A DNA stretch of 64,000 bases from Deltaproteobacteria bacterium (GCA_018399745.1 JAGYNZ010000003.1:65992-129991), one strand, 5' to 3'. Positions 29,811-40,290 are shown, counted from the stretch's first letter. Numbers and translations are program-made. Notes: generated by a model not told the origin, from the sequence alone.

Positions 29811-30368
29811 ATGTCCCAAAAACGTATTTTAGTCCTTCTTGCCCCAGGCTTTGAGGAACTTGAGGCAATAGCTGTTATTGATATTTTAAGAAGGGCTGGG
29901 CTCGAGGTTGTATCCGCAGGTACGATTTCAGGACCAATCATTTCAGCCCGCAATGTGGTCATTTTGCCCGACAAGTTGCTTGATGAGGTAAAAGAAGAAG
30001 TCTTTGATTTGATAGTTCTGCCAGGCGGTTTAGTCGGGACAGAAAACCTTGCCAAGGACCAGAGGGTACTGAAGATACTTAAAAATCAACTGGGTTCAGG
30101 CAGAAGTGTGGGGGCAATATGTGCTGCTCCGACGATCCTGGAACGCTATGACCTTGCCCACGGGAAAACCATCACATGTCATCCGACATGCAGAGCCGCA
30201 ATAAAGAAGGCCAGGTTTTCAGAAGATCGTGTGGTCGGAGATGGTCTCCTTGTGACAAGTCAAGGTCCGGGTACGGCCATTGAGTTTGCCTTGAAGCTTG
30301 TTGAACTGTTGGTGGGAAAAGACAAAATGCTTGATGTCAATAGTGGTATCTTGGCCCGAATTAATTAA
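29811..30368 (+). CDS. DJ-1/PfpI family protein (YajL/ThiJ-like)
   Basis: VLLAPGFEELEA and the nucleophile elbow AICAAP. The ATG is preceded by a GAGG Shine-Dalgarno. Confidence 0.85.
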   Translation: MSQKRILVLLAPGFEELEAIAVIDILRRAGLEVVSAGTISGPIISARNVVILPDKLLDEVKEEVFDLIVLPGGLVGTENLAKDQRVLKILKNQLGSGRSVGAICAAPTILERYDLAHGKTITCHPTCRAAIKKARFSEDRVVGDGLLVTSQGPGTAIEFALKLVELLVGKDKMLDVNSGILARIN

Positions 30369-30390
30369 TTATTTTGCTTAAAAAGCCGTT

Positions 30391-31344
30391 ATGACAAGGA
30401 AACACGAGTCCGAAAAGACCACAGATAAAATTCTTAACCTGCCGCCTCCAAATAATGAATCAGGAGGCCTGGTCCCCATTGGGCCCCTGGGACCTCTTCA
30501 ACAATATCTTGCAGAGGTCAGCCGGTATCCCTTGCTGAGCCGAGAAGAAGAGGAGACCCTTACCAAGGAATACTATAAAACCAGAGATCCAAAGCTGGCT
30601 TCGAAGATCGTTACTGCAAACTTGAGGCTGGTTGTAAAAATAGCCTTGGATTTTCAGAAATTCTGGATGCAGAATTTTTCAGATTTAGTTCAGGAAGGAA
30701 ATATTGGATTGATGCAGGCAATAAAAAAATATGACCCATATAAGGGTGTAAAATTTTCATATTATTCTTCTTTCTGGATCAAGGCATATATACTCAAATT
30801 TGTTATGGACAATTGGCGCTTAGTAAAGATCGGAACCACCCAGGCTCAACGAAAACTTTTTTATAATCTTGGTAAGGAGAAAAGCCATCTTCTTGCTTTA
30901 GGCTTTGAACCGGTGCCTAAGCTCATTTCTGACCGCCTTAATGTTCCAGAAAAGGATGTAATTGATATGGAACAGCGAATGGGGTCGTGGGAGCTTTCCA
31001 TGGACGCCCCTGTCAAGGACGGCTCTGAAGATAAATACCTGGATTTTTTCCCGGCCGACGTTACGTCGGTAGAAGCCGACGTAGCCAGGAAAGAGATAAA
31101 AGCCAGCCTCAAGGAGCATCTTGCAATTTTTGCAGAACAACTCCATGGAAAGGAGCGCGTTATATTCGTGGAGCGGCTTTTAACCGAAGAGCCCAAAACC
31201 CTTCAGGAACTCGGAACCGTTTTTGGGGTTTCAAGAGAAAGGGTGAGACAAATAGAGACCAGGTTAAAAAAGAAGTTGCGGAAATTTCTGCAAAAAAGAA
31301 TTCCGGATTTAGGTTCTTATCCAGAGGGTATTGAAGACGTATGA
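30391..31344 (+). CDS. rpoH: RNA polymerase sigma-32 type factor
   Basis: Sigma-70 regions 2 and 4 plus an RpoH-box-like QRKLFYNL. Confidence 0.85.
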   Translation: MTRKHESEKTTDKILNLPPPNNESGGLVPIGPLGPLQQYLAEVSRYPLLSREEEETLTKEYYKTRDPKLASKIVTANLRLVVKIALDFQKFWMQNFSDLVQEGNIGLMQAIKKYDPYKGVKFSYYSSFWIKAYILKFVMDNWRLVKIGTTQAQRKLFYNLGKEKSHLLALGFEPVPKLISDRLNVPEKDVIDMEQRMGSWELSMDAPVKDGSEDKYLDFFPADVTSVEADVARKEIKASLKEHLAIFAEQLHGKERVIFVERLLTEEPKTLQELGTVFGVSRERVRQIETRLKKKLRKFLQKRIPDLGSYPEGIEDV

Positions 31345-33035
31345 TTACAAGCCTTTTTCATTTTTTGATCAAACTTTTTTTCATTTTGGCTATTCTTCTT
31401 ATGGTATTCCCTGCCAATGTCATGGCCAAGGCGAACCCATCCCGCAGTGCAGCCTACACCTATTATCTACAGGCAATTATGGAGAAGGCGTCAGGCAGGC
31501 TTTCAGATGCCTCGATTTCCCTTAAAAGTGCCCTGGCCGTTGATCCTGAATCTGTAGCAATCATGGAGGATTTGGCCAAAGTAGCAGCCAGTATAGGTAA
31601 TCTGCAGGAGGCCGAGCAATGGGCTGAACAGGTCATGGCCCTTGAAGCAGACAACCTGGACATGAAGATGGTGCTCGCTCGAATTTATGCTAATAAAAAC
31701 CGTGTGGTCGAGGCGTTAGAGCTCTTGGAGTATGTACTGGGCGAAGAAGCCGATAACATGGAGGCACTGTTTTTAACCGGCACTATTTACGCTAAGGCCA
31801 AGCAGTATCCAAAGGCTATTGAAATCATGGAAAGGGCTGCCGAACAGGAAGGAAGGCAATCTTTTATGGCACATTATTATCTGGGAAGGATATATCGTGA
31901 TGCCGGCAATCTTACAAAGGCCGAGGAACACCTCAACGAGGCATTAAGGCTGAATCCACAACTTATGATAGTATATCAGGATCTGGCTGATGTTTATAGA
32001 AGGCAGGGAAGGATAGATAAAGCTATTGATTCCTGCAGGGCGCTGCTGGATCAACAGCCAAATGATCGTGAGACTCAAGAGCGGCTCTTGATGCTATTAA
32101 TTGAAGAAAAGCGAGCAGATGAGGCATTTTCAGAATTTTGGCAACTCAAGCGGTTATCACAAAATTACCCTGCCATCGGATTTAATGTCGCCGTACTATG
32201 TATTTATAATAAAATGTATGATGAGGCATTATCGATACTTAAAGAAATGGCTGATGCCTATCCTGATCAGGGTCAAATTTTTTACTATATGTCAATTGTC
32301 TATGAGCAGAAAGGCGATATTGATGCGGCCACAGAAATACTTGAATCCATTCGAATCGATGATGAACTTGCCGTGGAAGCGAGGGTTCGCTTGGCATACC
32401 TGCTTAAAGAAAAGGGGCAACTCGATCAGGCATTGCACCTTATTGAAGAAGGCCTGACAGATCGTCCCAATACCAAGCACTGGGTTATCGCCCTTGCCAT
32501 TCTATACGATGCGGCAAAAAGGCTGCAAGATTCCGAGGCTATTCTTCGTAAGGCATTGGACACAGACCCGTACGATAAGGAGTTATTACTACAACTTGCA
32601 ATAGTACTGGATAAGTTGGGGCAGAGAGAGCAGGCTATTGAGTCTGCTAAAAAGGCGGTGGAAAAGTCTGAAGACTATGCAGAAGCCCTTAACTTCCTGG
32701 GATATACCTATGCTGAAGAGGGAATTAACCTGGATGAGGCTGTAGTTCTGATAAAAAAGGCACTTTCTATTCAGCCGGACGACGGTTACATCATAGATAG
32801 TCTAGGGTGGGCATACTTCAAAAAGGGCAAATATGACCAGGCCATTTTATACCTCAAGAAGGCACACGATTTAATTTCTGATGATCCGATTATAGCAGAA
32901 CACCTTGGCGATGCCTATATGGCCGTGGAGAATTTCCATGAGGCATTACAGACCTATCATAAGGCCCTTGAACTGTTGAAGGAGTCAGACGACAAACCAA
33001 GGTTGAGAAAAAAAATACAGGATGCGGAAAGGTAA
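31341..33035 (+). CDS. Tetratricopeptide-repeat protein with an N-terminal membrane/signal segment
   Basis: 564 aa with many TPR-like 34-residue repeats (A..Y..AL...P....A...LG..Y). The start has a 4-nt overlap with the rpoH stop. Confidence 0.8.
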   Translation: MITSLFHFLIKLFFILAILLMVFPANVMAKANPSRSAAYTYYLQAIMEKASGRLSDASISLKSALAVDPESVAIMEDLAKVAASIGNLQEAEQWAEQVMALEADNLDMKMVLARIYANKNRVVEALELLEYVLGEEADNMEALFLTGTIYAKAKQYPKAIEIMERAAEQEGRQSFMAHYYLGRIYRDAGNLTKAEEHLNEALRLNPQLMIVYQDLADVYRRQGRIDKAIDSCRALLDQQPNDRETQERLLMLLIEEKRADEAFSEFWQLKRLSQNYPAIGFNVAVLCIYNKMYDEALSILKEMADAYPDQGQIFYYMSIVYEQKGDIDAATEILESIRIDDELAVEARVRLAYLLKEKGQLDQALHLIEEGLTDRPNTKHWVIALAILYDAAKRLQDSEAILRKALDTDPYDKELLLQLAIVLDKLGQREQAIESAKKAVEKSEDYAEALNFLGYTYAEEGINLDEAVVLIKKALSIQPDDGYIIDSLGWAYFKKGKYDQAILYLKKAHDLISDDPIIAEHLGDAYMAVENFHEALQTYHKALELLKESDDKPRLRKKIQDAER

Positions 33036-33261
33036 TTTCTTGGCTTAGTGGACCGTTAACATCATTTGTCATAGGCGAAACCGGATATTTTATATAAGCT
33101 GTTATCTGTTTTAAAGGCCGCTATATATCGCGTTTATCTCATAGGTGATATGCCATATAATGTGTATATCTCATTATATAAAATATCAAGTGCTGAAATG
33201 TAGTCCTTGACGCAGACAATATAGATGTTAAATTGATACTATTGTGAGGAATTACTCTAAT

Positions 33262-33543
33262 ATGTGTGTCAATTATTTGCGTTGTCTATGCGTGACTTTG
33301 TTGATCGCCGGCCTTCTTTTGCTCTTTACGTCATGTAAGGACGCTCAAGTCACAGGAGAATATAATAACCCCTATACTCCTGATGAAATTAAAACTATGT
33401 TGTCCTACCATGGTGCCCTGGTCGCCAAATTTGATGGTAATCAGTGGTATTTCCTTTCCGGTGACCGCTGGATCAAGCTGGAAAATGCCCAAGCCTACAA
33501 ATATGCCTTGCTCTCTTCCAGGCATAGAGCTTCGAAGTTTTAG
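33262..33543 (+). CDS. Small putative lipoprotein
   Basis: Hydrophobic leader ending in the lipobox LFTSC. I recognised no family. Both the start and the gene's reality are uncertain. Confidence 0.4.
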   Translation: MCVNYLRCLCVTLLIAGLLLLFTSCKDAQVTGEYNNPYTPDEIKTMLSYHGALVAKFDGNQWYFLSGDRWIKLENAQAYKYALLSSRHRASKF

Positions 33544-33664
33544 TATAATCTGAAATCCATTTTTTATCTTGCGATCTGCCTTGGTAACCTATTTTTTCCT
33601 TCCTCTTGAATCCTTGAGGCGCAAATTTTTTGGTTCCGGCCTGGCCGGGTGAAGGGGCCTGTTT

Positions 33665-35464
33665 ATGAATAATGATTTCATGAAGAAATTGGGAACGGAT
33701 GACGTCCTTTGGGACCTTCGGGATCTGTACCAAGGCATTGATGATTCCAGAATCCATGATGACATGGAGAAATGTAAGAAATCAGCCATTGAGATTGTAG
33801 ACAAATATTCCGGCAGGATATCAGAGCTCACCGCTGTCGAACTCTTTGATGCCGTCAGTAAATATGAATACTTTAATATTATTTTGGGAAAACTCAGCGC
33901 ATTTGCCTATCTATATTTTTCAACCCATGTCAATGATCCGGAGGCCGGGGCCTTTTTGCAGAGAATCAACGAATTCTGCAGTATGGTGAATAAAGACGTG
34001 GTGTTCTTCGATATCGATTGGGCAAACGTTCCTGATGAGAAAGCGGACGACTTGCTCGCAGATCCCGTACTAAAGCACTACAGGCATTATTTGCAGTCAG
34101 CCCGGCGATACAAACCTCATCTTCTCTCACAAACAGAAGAACAACTCATAATCGAGATCAGTCCGGCAGGTCGTTCAAGTTGGATCAGCCTGTTTGAAAA
34201 GGTCTTGACAGCCCAGCGTTTTGGTAAAAAAGAACGCACCCAGGAAGAAGTACTGACCGATCTTTATTCTCCAGACCGCAAGGTCAGGAAAAATGCGGCA
34301 AAGGACCTCACGGATGGTTTGCACGCTCAATCAATTGTATTTACTCACATATTTAATACAGTGCTTGCCGACAAGATGATTTATGACAGGCTTCGGGACT
34401 ATAGTAACTGGATCAAGTCCATGAACCTCGCAAATGAACTCGACGATAACACGGTTGATTCCCTGATTGCATCCGTAACTGATCGTTACGACATAGTCCA
34501 ACGCTATTACGGTTTAAAGAAGCGCCTGCTTGGGCTGAAAGAACTCTTTGACTATGACAGGTACGCTCCTCTGCCTTATCTGCCTCCGAGGGTTGTTGAC
34601 TGGGAGACAGGCAAAGAAATAGTACTCGATGCGTTTGGAAATTTTTCTCCCAGGATGGCCTCGATTGCTAATCGATTTTTTGACAAGTCATGGATACATG
34701 CCCCGGTGATACAGGGAAAGACCGGGGGGGCCTTTGCGCACCCTGTGGTTCCACAGGTCCATCCTTATGTGCTTGTAAATTTTACCGGGAATATTCGGGA
34801 CGTTGAGACAGTGGCACATGAGCTTGGCCATGGTGTTCACCAGATCCTGGCAGGTGAACAGGGCTATTTAAACAGTCATACGCCCTTGGCTTTAGCCGAG
34901 ACCGCCTCCGTCTTTTGTGAAATGCTGGTATTCAAAGATCTCATGAGAAATCTGGAAAGGCCGGAAGAAAAATTGTGGCTCGCTGCCGGCAAGATTGAGT
35001 CTATTTTTGCCACTGTATTTCGTCAGATTGCCATGAATCGGTTTGAAGACGAAGTTCACAGTGAGCGACGTTCAAAGGGAGAGCTTTCTCCAAAGGAGTT
35101 TTCAAATATTTGGGTCAGGACCCAGAAAAAAATGTTCAGGGACAGCGTAACCCTTACTGATGATTATGGTATCTGGTGGTCTTACATAGGACACTTTATC
35201 CATACACCAGGCTATGTATATGCCTATGCCTTTGGTGAACTGCTGGTCTTGTCTCTTTACTCTCTGTATGAAAAAGGAGAGCCGGATTTTGTCCCGCGCT
35301 ATTTGAATCTATTGGCCTCGGGAGGAAGCGATACACCCTATGTGTTACTTAAGTCTTTTGGCATAGACCTCCATAACCCAGATTTTTGGCAGCAGGGTCT
35401 TCATGTCATTGATGATATGGTCAAGGAAATAGAGCAACTGACTATGGAAATAGGTATTGAATAA
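33665..35464 (+). CDS. pepF: M3B oligoendopeptidase F
   Basis: 599 aa with the zinc motif HELGHGVH and a downstream E in ETASVFCE. Confidence 0.88.
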   Translation: MNNDFMKKLGTDDVLWDLRDLYQGIDDSRIHDDMEKCKKSAIEIVDKYSGRISELTAVELFDAVSKYEYFNIILGKLSAFAYLYFSTHVNDPEAGAFLQRINEFCSMVNKDVVFFDIDWANVPDEKADDLLADPVLKHYRHYLQSARRYKPHLLSQTEEQLIIEISPAGRSSWISLFEKVLTAQRFGKKERTQEEVLTDLYSPDRKVRKNAAKDLTDGLHAQSIVFTHIFNTVLADKMIYDRLRDYSNWIKSMNLANELDDNTVDSLIASVTDRYDIVQRYYGLKKRLLGLKELFDYDRYAPLPYLPPRVVDWETGKEIVLDAFGNFSPRMASIANRFFDKSWIHAPVIQGKTGGAFAHPVVPQVHPYVLVNFTGNIRDVETVAHELGHGVHQILAGEQGYLNSHTPLALAETASVFCEMLVFKDLMRNLERPEEKLWLAAGKIESIFATVFRQIAMNRFEDEVHSERRSKGELSPKEFSNIWVRTQKKMFRDSVTLTDDYGIWWSYIGHFIHTPGYVYAYAFGELLVLSLYSLYEKGEPDFVPRYLNLLASGGSDTPYVLLKSFGIDLHNPDFWQQGLHVIDDMVKEIEQLTMEIGIE

Positions 35465-35511
35465 TAGGCTCTACCCCCTGATTCAAATACAGGGATACCC
35501 GCGGGAGGTGG

Positions 35512-35739
35512 TCAAAAGCTCCTTATCCGTCCACAGTCAGGGCAGATCCATATTACATTATTGCTCATGCCCCACATATTTTCCTTAAGGCAGTCATCAC
35601 AAATCTGAAAACCGCAAGGACAATTCCAGCAAAAAGGCAATTCTCTGTTACAGACATGGCAACGATACTTCTTCACCCTGCCCCAACGAGAGCTTTTGGA
35701 GCGGGGTCCAGGTTTTTTTTCTTTTTTGGTGTTTGACAT
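35512..35739 (-). CDS. Small basic protein with four CxxC pairs (double zinc-ribbon-like)
   Basis: 75 aa with a K/R-rich N-terminus, then CHVC, CWNCPC, CDDC and CPDC. Confidence 0.5.
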   Translation of the reverse strand: MSNTKKEKKPGPRSKSSRWGRVKKYRCHVCNRELPFCWNCPCGFQICDDCLKENMWGMSNNVIWICPDCGRIRSF

Positions 35740-35882
35740 TTATACTATGAAAAGCCGTTTATCAGGTTGTTCTTGTTCAAGTGCCGGGAAATTTATATGA
35801 AAGACTTTTAATTATTGGCATTCTTCATTTATCAGTTTACACTGTTTTTGAAAAAGCGTGTATTGTCGAATTGAATGGCGGT

Positions 35883-35959
35883 GTCGAAACTTGAAATTTG
35901 AAATCAGGTAACGCATCTACATCTTTGTGTTTTTCCCAATTTCAAGTTTCAAATTTCAC
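35883..35959 (-). repeat. Heptamer-built hairpin repeat, copy A (inverted relative to copy B)
   Basis: Its reverse complement aligns by hand to 49253-49326, 74 nt with 8 mismatches. The arms are made of GAAATTT/GAAACTT heptamers and the shared centre is GGGAAAAACACAAA..GTAG.TGCGTTACCT. Confidence 0.7.
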
Positions 35960-36011
35960 TGCCAAAATACAAGATCAACAAAAGGATGTCTAATAATCAA
36001 AGGTCTTTTTC

Positions 36012-36518
36012 ATGAATCCGGTATTGGATGCCATACATAAACGAAGGAGTGTGCGCGATTTTACCGCTGACACTGTAGAGCGCGAAACGCTTATACAAAT
36101 TATCAGGGCAGGTACCCGGGCACCTTCGGGTCTCAACAATCAGCCATGGCGTTTCGCAATAGTAACGGACAAAGATCTCAAGGCCAGGATTGCCAAACTG
36201 ACACGTTACGAAAAGGTTATAGAAGGTTCCAAGGCCCTGATTCCCATCTTTATTGACAGAGATGCCGTTTATCATGAACTAAAAGACTATCAGGCCATTG
36301 GTGCCTGTATTCAAAATATGCTTCTCGCCGCTTATTCATTGGGCCTTGGAGCTGTCTGGCTGGGAGAGATCCTGAAGAACTCCGATCAAGTGCGATATCT
36401 ACTGGGTCTTTCAGAAAATTTCGCACTCATGGCAGTCCTGGCCCTGGGCCATCCTGCCCACAGGAAACAGACTTCAACTCGCAAATCGCTTGAAGAAACG
36501 ATAATATTTGAAAAATAG
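36012..36518 (+). CDS. Nitroreductase family protein
   Basis: 168 aa with RRSVRDF, PSGLNNQPWRF and a conserved C-terminal GHP. Confidence 0.85.
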   Translation: MNPVLDAIHKRRSVRDFTADTVERETLIQIIRAGTRAPSGLNNQPWRFAIVTDKDLKARIAKLTRYEKVIEGSKALIPIFIDRDAVYHELKDYQAIGACIQNMLLAAYSLGLGAVWLGEILKNSDQVRYLLGLSENFALMAVLALGHPAHRKQTSTRKSLEETIIFEK

Positions 36519-36538
36519 CCAGTATAGGAGGATTAACA

Positions 36539-37018
36539 ATGCGTTTTCACAGGAATTTATCAGTTGTCTTTTTCATTACCGCCTTAATCTTCTATCTGTC
36601 ATTTTTTCTGCTTACTTCCTGTGCGCAGACGAGTTCATCGCAGGAAGGATCTTCTCAGGGATTTTCTGAAACTGTAACAAGTTCTGACAGCACAAATATC
36701 ACTTATGAATTTCCGGATATTCCTATTCCCATAGAACTTGAGAAGGTGGAAGATAAGACAATGATTATTAAGACATCGGGCTTCCAGGGTGGAATGTTGA
36801 TATATAAGGGCAGGATAACCGTAGTTTCATTGGTGGAATTTTTCATAAAATCCATGCCCGGCCATGGTTGGGTACTGGAAGGTACGCTGAACGCCAAGCG
36901 AAGCTTTCTCGCATTTTCCAAAGGGGGCAACTCCCATTGTCTTATACAGTTATACGAGGGGTCAATGGGTTTTAAAACTGAAGTTCAGATTTGGGTGAGC
37001 AAACCACTTGGCCAGTGA
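36539..37018 (+). CDS. Putative lipoprotein, function unknown
   Basis: Leader ending in the lipobox LLTSC followed by a Ser-rich linker. AGGAGG Shine-Dalgarno upstream. Confidence 0.5.
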   Translation: MRFHRNLSVVFFITALIFYLSFFLLTSCAQTSSSQEGSSQGFSETVTSSDSTNITYEFPDIPIPIELEKVEDKTMIIKTSGFQGGMLIYKGRITVVSLVEFFIKSMPGHGWVLEGTLNAKRSFLAFSKGGNSHCLIQLYEGSMGFKTEVQIWVSKPLGQ

Positions 37019-38279
37019 TAATGTGAAACGGATTACCGGCTCAGAGATCTTATCAGAAAAGGCGCTATCCTATAAACCATTAAAGGGAAAGACAGTCCTT
37101 CTCGGAATAACCGGAGGGATTGCCGCGTATAAGGCGGCTGTTTATTCCAGGAAGATTCGTGCATTGGGTGCACGGGTAATACCAGTGATGACCTGTCATG
37201 CAACCGAATTTTTGTCCCCTATTACGTTCGCTGCCCTTACAGGTGAAAAGGTATATACGGATTTATTTTGCATAGAGGGTGCTGAAAACATCCCTCACAT
37301 AGAGCTTGCCAAATCTGCGGACCTTTTTCTGGTGCTGCCCGCCACAGCAAATATAATCGGCAAAGCAGCAAATGGTCTGGCAGATGATTTTCTCTCCACA
37401 TTACTTCTGGCATTCTCAGGCCCTGTATTGTTTTTCCCATCAATGAATCCTGTCATGTATGCACACCCTGCAACTCAGACAAACATGGAACGCCTTAAAA
37501 CACTTGGCTATGGAGTAATAGAGCCAGAGACGGGAGAAACGGCCTGTGGAGATTCGGGTCGGGGCAGACTGGCAGACTGGCCCGTTGTGAAAGAGCCTAT
37601 ATTAAAGGCAACCACTCTACAGACACTGAAAGGAATAAATGTCCTGGTATCTGCCGGGCCCACCAGAGAATATCTGGATCCTGTGCGATATATCTCCAAT
37701 CGCTCCTCAGGACTCATGGGCTATGCTGTGGCAAGGGTTGCGGTCAGGCGCGGCGCGAGAGTGACTCTTGTGAGTGGTCCGGTCTCACTCCCACCTCCTC
37801 CGGGGATGAAGCTCTGCCCCGTGGAGACCGCCGGTGAAATGGGAGACACAATCAGCAAACTTTCGCAAAATGTTCATGTAATCATTATGACTGCCGCAGT
37901 GGCCGACTACGCTCCGGCTGCTAGAGCCGATCGAAAAATCAAAAAAGACACTTCTGAACTGCGAGTAGATCTTGTAAGGACAACTGATATCTTGTCGCAA
38001 CTGGTAAAGGACCGCAGGGACGGACAGATAATCGTTGGCTTTTGCGCAGAGACCCAGGATCTTAAAGCACAGGCCATAAAAAAAATAAGGCTTAAGGGAG
38101 CGGATTTGCTGATTGCCAATGATGTGTCCCGGCCCGATAGCGGCTTTGATGCATTAAACAACAGGGTCTTCATTGTCTCCTCTGATGGCGATATAGAGCC
38201 CCTGCCCCTTTTGCACAAGGAAGAGGTAGGAGAGAAGATTTGGGATCGAATTCAAAATATGCTTCCACAGACAGTATGA
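37008..38279 (+). CDS. coaBC: Bifunctional phosphopantothenoylcysteine decarboxylase / phosphopantothenate-cysteine ligase
   Basis: GITGGIAAYKA flavoprotein motif and SAGPTREYLDPVRYISNRSSG ligase motif. The exact start is uncertain (TTG 37008 or GTG 37023). Confidence 0.9.
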   Translation: MASDNVKRITGSEILSEKALSYKPLKGKTVLLGITGGIAAYKAAVYSRKIRALGARVIPVMTCHATEFLSPITFAALTGEKVYTDLFCIEGAENIPHIELAKSADLFLVLPATANIIGKAANGLADDFLSTLLLAFSGPVLFFPSMNPVMYAHPATQTNMERLKTLGYGVIEPETGETACGDSGRGRLADWPVVKEPILKATTLQTLKGINVLVSAGPTREYLDPVRYISNRSSGLMGYAVARVAVRRGARVTLVSGPVSLPPPPGMKLCPVETAGEMGDTISKLSQNVHVIIMTAAVADYAPAARADRKIKKDTSELRVDLVRTTDILSQLVKDRRDGQIIVGFCAETQDLKAQAIKKIRLKGADLLIANDVSRPDSGFDALNNRVFIVSSDGDIEPLPLLHKEEVGEKIWDRIQNMLPQTV

Positions 38280-38326
38280 TTATTTATTGACACTGTGGTT
38301 TGGTTTTAGTATCAGAAAAATACATT

Positions 38327-38413
38327 GCCGGAGTGGTGAAACTGGTATACACGCTGGACTCAAAATCCCGTGGGCTTCGGCCCGTGCGAGTTCGACTCTC
38401 GCCTCCGGCACCA
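38327..38413 (+). tRNA. tRNA-Leu (anticodon CAA), type II with a long variable arm, CCA encoded
   Basis: Acceptor GCCGGAG/CTCCGGC, anticodon loop CTCAAAA, variable arm TGGGCTTCGGCCCGT, T-arm GCGAG-TTCGACT-CTCGC. The anticodon stem has one U-C mismatch. Confidence 0.85.
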
Positions 38414-38435
38414 GAATTTTTTAAAAGAAAAATCC

Positions 38436-39029
38436 TTAGACTTTCCCGATCCCTGGCCAAACCGCTTCAAGCAGGGACTGTACACCCTCCCCTGTTCGGG
38501 CAGAAATAATCAGGGGTTTATCAACAAATCCGGGAAGCCTCCGGTAGATAGCCTGCACCTGCCTCTGCCTTTTGGGCTGAGATATTTTGTCCGCCTTGTT
38601 AAGTACTAACCATATATGTTTATCCAGGGCATGCAGATATTCCAGAAGATCAAGGTCCAGCTGGTCTGGAACCCGCCTCAGATCAAAGATGCACACTACG
38701 CCCTTGAGAGATTTTCTGACCTCGATATAGCCTTCTACCAGTCTGTGCCACTTTTGCTGAACGTGTTTCGGGGCCTTTGCAAACCCATAACCAGGGAGGT
38801 CGACAAAATAAACTGAATCATTGACCAGAAAAAAGTTCAGAGACTGGGTGAAGCCCGGCCTTGAGCTGACTTTTACCAGGTTGTGCCTCCCCAGGAGACG
38901 ATTCAGAAGGCTGGATTTGCCCACATTAGACCTGCCGGCAAATGCCACTTCCGGCAAGCCAGATGATGGAAGCTGAGAGGGCTTATAGACGCTTGTAATA
39001 AATGCCGTATTGGTGATTCTGACTGTCAC
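38436..39029 (-). CDS. engB: Ribosome-biogenesis GTP-binding protein YihA/EngB
   Basis: 197 aa with GRSNVGKSSLLN, DLPGYG and NKADK. Confidence 0.88.
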   Translation of the reverse strand: MTVRITNTAFITSVYKPSQLPSSGLPEVAFAGRSNVGKSSLLNRLLGRHNLVKVSSRPGFTQSLNFFLVNDSVYFVDLPGYGFAKAPKHVQQKWHRLVEGYIEVRKSLKGVVCIFDLRRVPDQLDLDLLEYLHALDKHIWLVLNKADKISQPKRQRQVQAIYRRLPGFVDKPLIISARTGEGVQSLLEAVWPGIGKV

Positions 39030-39034
39030 CGGAT

Positions 39035-39907
39035 CTAGAGGACTTTGTTGAGGGCATGCTCTATGATTCCCTGAGCCCCTGCTGCCATAAGCCGTGGGAT
39101 AAGCTCCCTCACTTCAGCCTCTTTTATTACCGTCTCCACAGAGCACCACTCCTGTTTATAAAGCGGAGAAACCGTAGGGGCATTGAGGCTGGGCAATATA
39201 TCCACCACTGCCCCCAGTCTTTCCTTGGGAACGTTCATCTTGAGCACTACAAGACGATCCGCCCGCAAAGCGCTCTGCAGAAGCATGGATATCTGCTCGA
39301 TCTTTTTTCTTTTCCAGGGATCCTTCCATGCATGTCTGTTGGCTATCAACTGGGGGTTGGACTCCATCAGCTCTTCTATGATCATCAGTCCGTGAGCATT
39401 GATGGTGCTTCCGGTCTCTGTCACCTCGACAATGGCATCAGCAAGCCCGGAGGCGACTTTGCCCTCGGTGGCCCCCCACGAGAACTCAACCCTTACATCT
39501 ATACCGCGTTCTGAAAAATAACGCTTAGAAAAATTGACAAGCTCTGTTGCTATCTTCTTTCCATGAAGGTCTTTGACGAAACGGTAGGGGGAGTCGGCCG
39601 GTACAGCCAGGACCCATCGGGCAGGACGTTTGCTTACCTTAGAATATATCAGATCCGCCACAACAACAATATCCGAATCATTTTCCAGAATCCAGTCGCG
39701 GCCTGTAATGCCGACGTCCAGAATTTCTTGCTCAACATAACGGGACATCTCCTGGGCCCTGCAGATGCTGCAGACTATATCGGGATCATCTATACTGGGG
39801 AAATAGCTCCTGTGATGGACCTCTATACGCCACCCTGATTTTGAAAAGAGATCAATTGTTGCCTTTTCAAGACTCCCCTTCGGTATACCCAGTTTAAGTT
39901 GGTTCAC
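39035..39907 (-). CDS. hisG: ATP phosphoribosyltransferase (long form)
   Basis: 290 aa with [16 protein letters not shown] and ETGSTI motifs and a C-terminal regulatory domain. Confidence 0.9.
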   Translation of the reverse strand: MNQLKLGIPKGSLEKATIDLFSKSGWRIEVHHRSYFPSIDDPDIVCSICRAQEMSRYVEQEILDVGITGRDWILENDSDIVVVADLIYSKVSKRPARWVLAVPADSPYRFVKDLHGKKIATELVNFSKRYFSERGIDVRVEFSWGATEGKVASGLADAIVEVTETGSTINAHGLMIIEELMESNPQLIANRHAWKDPWKRKKIEQISMLLQSALRADRLVVLKMNVPKERLGAVVDILPSLNAPTVSPLYKQEWCSVETVIKEAEVRELIPRLMAAGAQGIIEHALNKVL

Positions 39908-40290
39908 TTTTTATAAATCTCCTTAGGATCAAAAACAGGCTCTCCTACAGTAATCAGAGAATCCCCCCGGACCTTTCGATAAAAGCAGCTCCTGTAACCC
40001 TTATGACAAGCCGCACCGCCCAATTGTTCCACCTTTACAAGTATTGTATCCAGATCACAGTCAATATAGGCGGCCTTCAGTAACTGAACATGTCCGGAGG
40101 TCTCACCTTTTAGCCACAGTTTGTCCCTGGAGCGACTCCAGTAGTGGACTTGGCATGTTTCCAGAGTCTTTTCCCATGCCTGTCTGTTCATATAGGCCAG
40201 CATGAGTACCTCACCCGTCTCATGGTCCTGGGCTATAACCGGCAGCAGGCCGTTTCCCTTATCAAAGCAGAGATCTTTTATATTTGCCAT
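39904..40290 (-). CDS. hisI: Phosphoribosyl-AMP cyclohydrolase
   Basis: 128 aa with [23 protein letters not shown] and DCD motifs. Its stop has a 4-nt overlap with the hisG start. Confidence 0.9.
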   Translation of the reverse strand: MANIKDLCFDKGNGLLPVIAQDHETGEVLMLAYMNRQAWEKTLETCQVHYWSRSRDKLWLKGETSGHVQLLKAAYIDCDLDTILVKVEQLGGAACHKGYRSCFYRKVRGDSLITVGEPVFDPKEIYKK

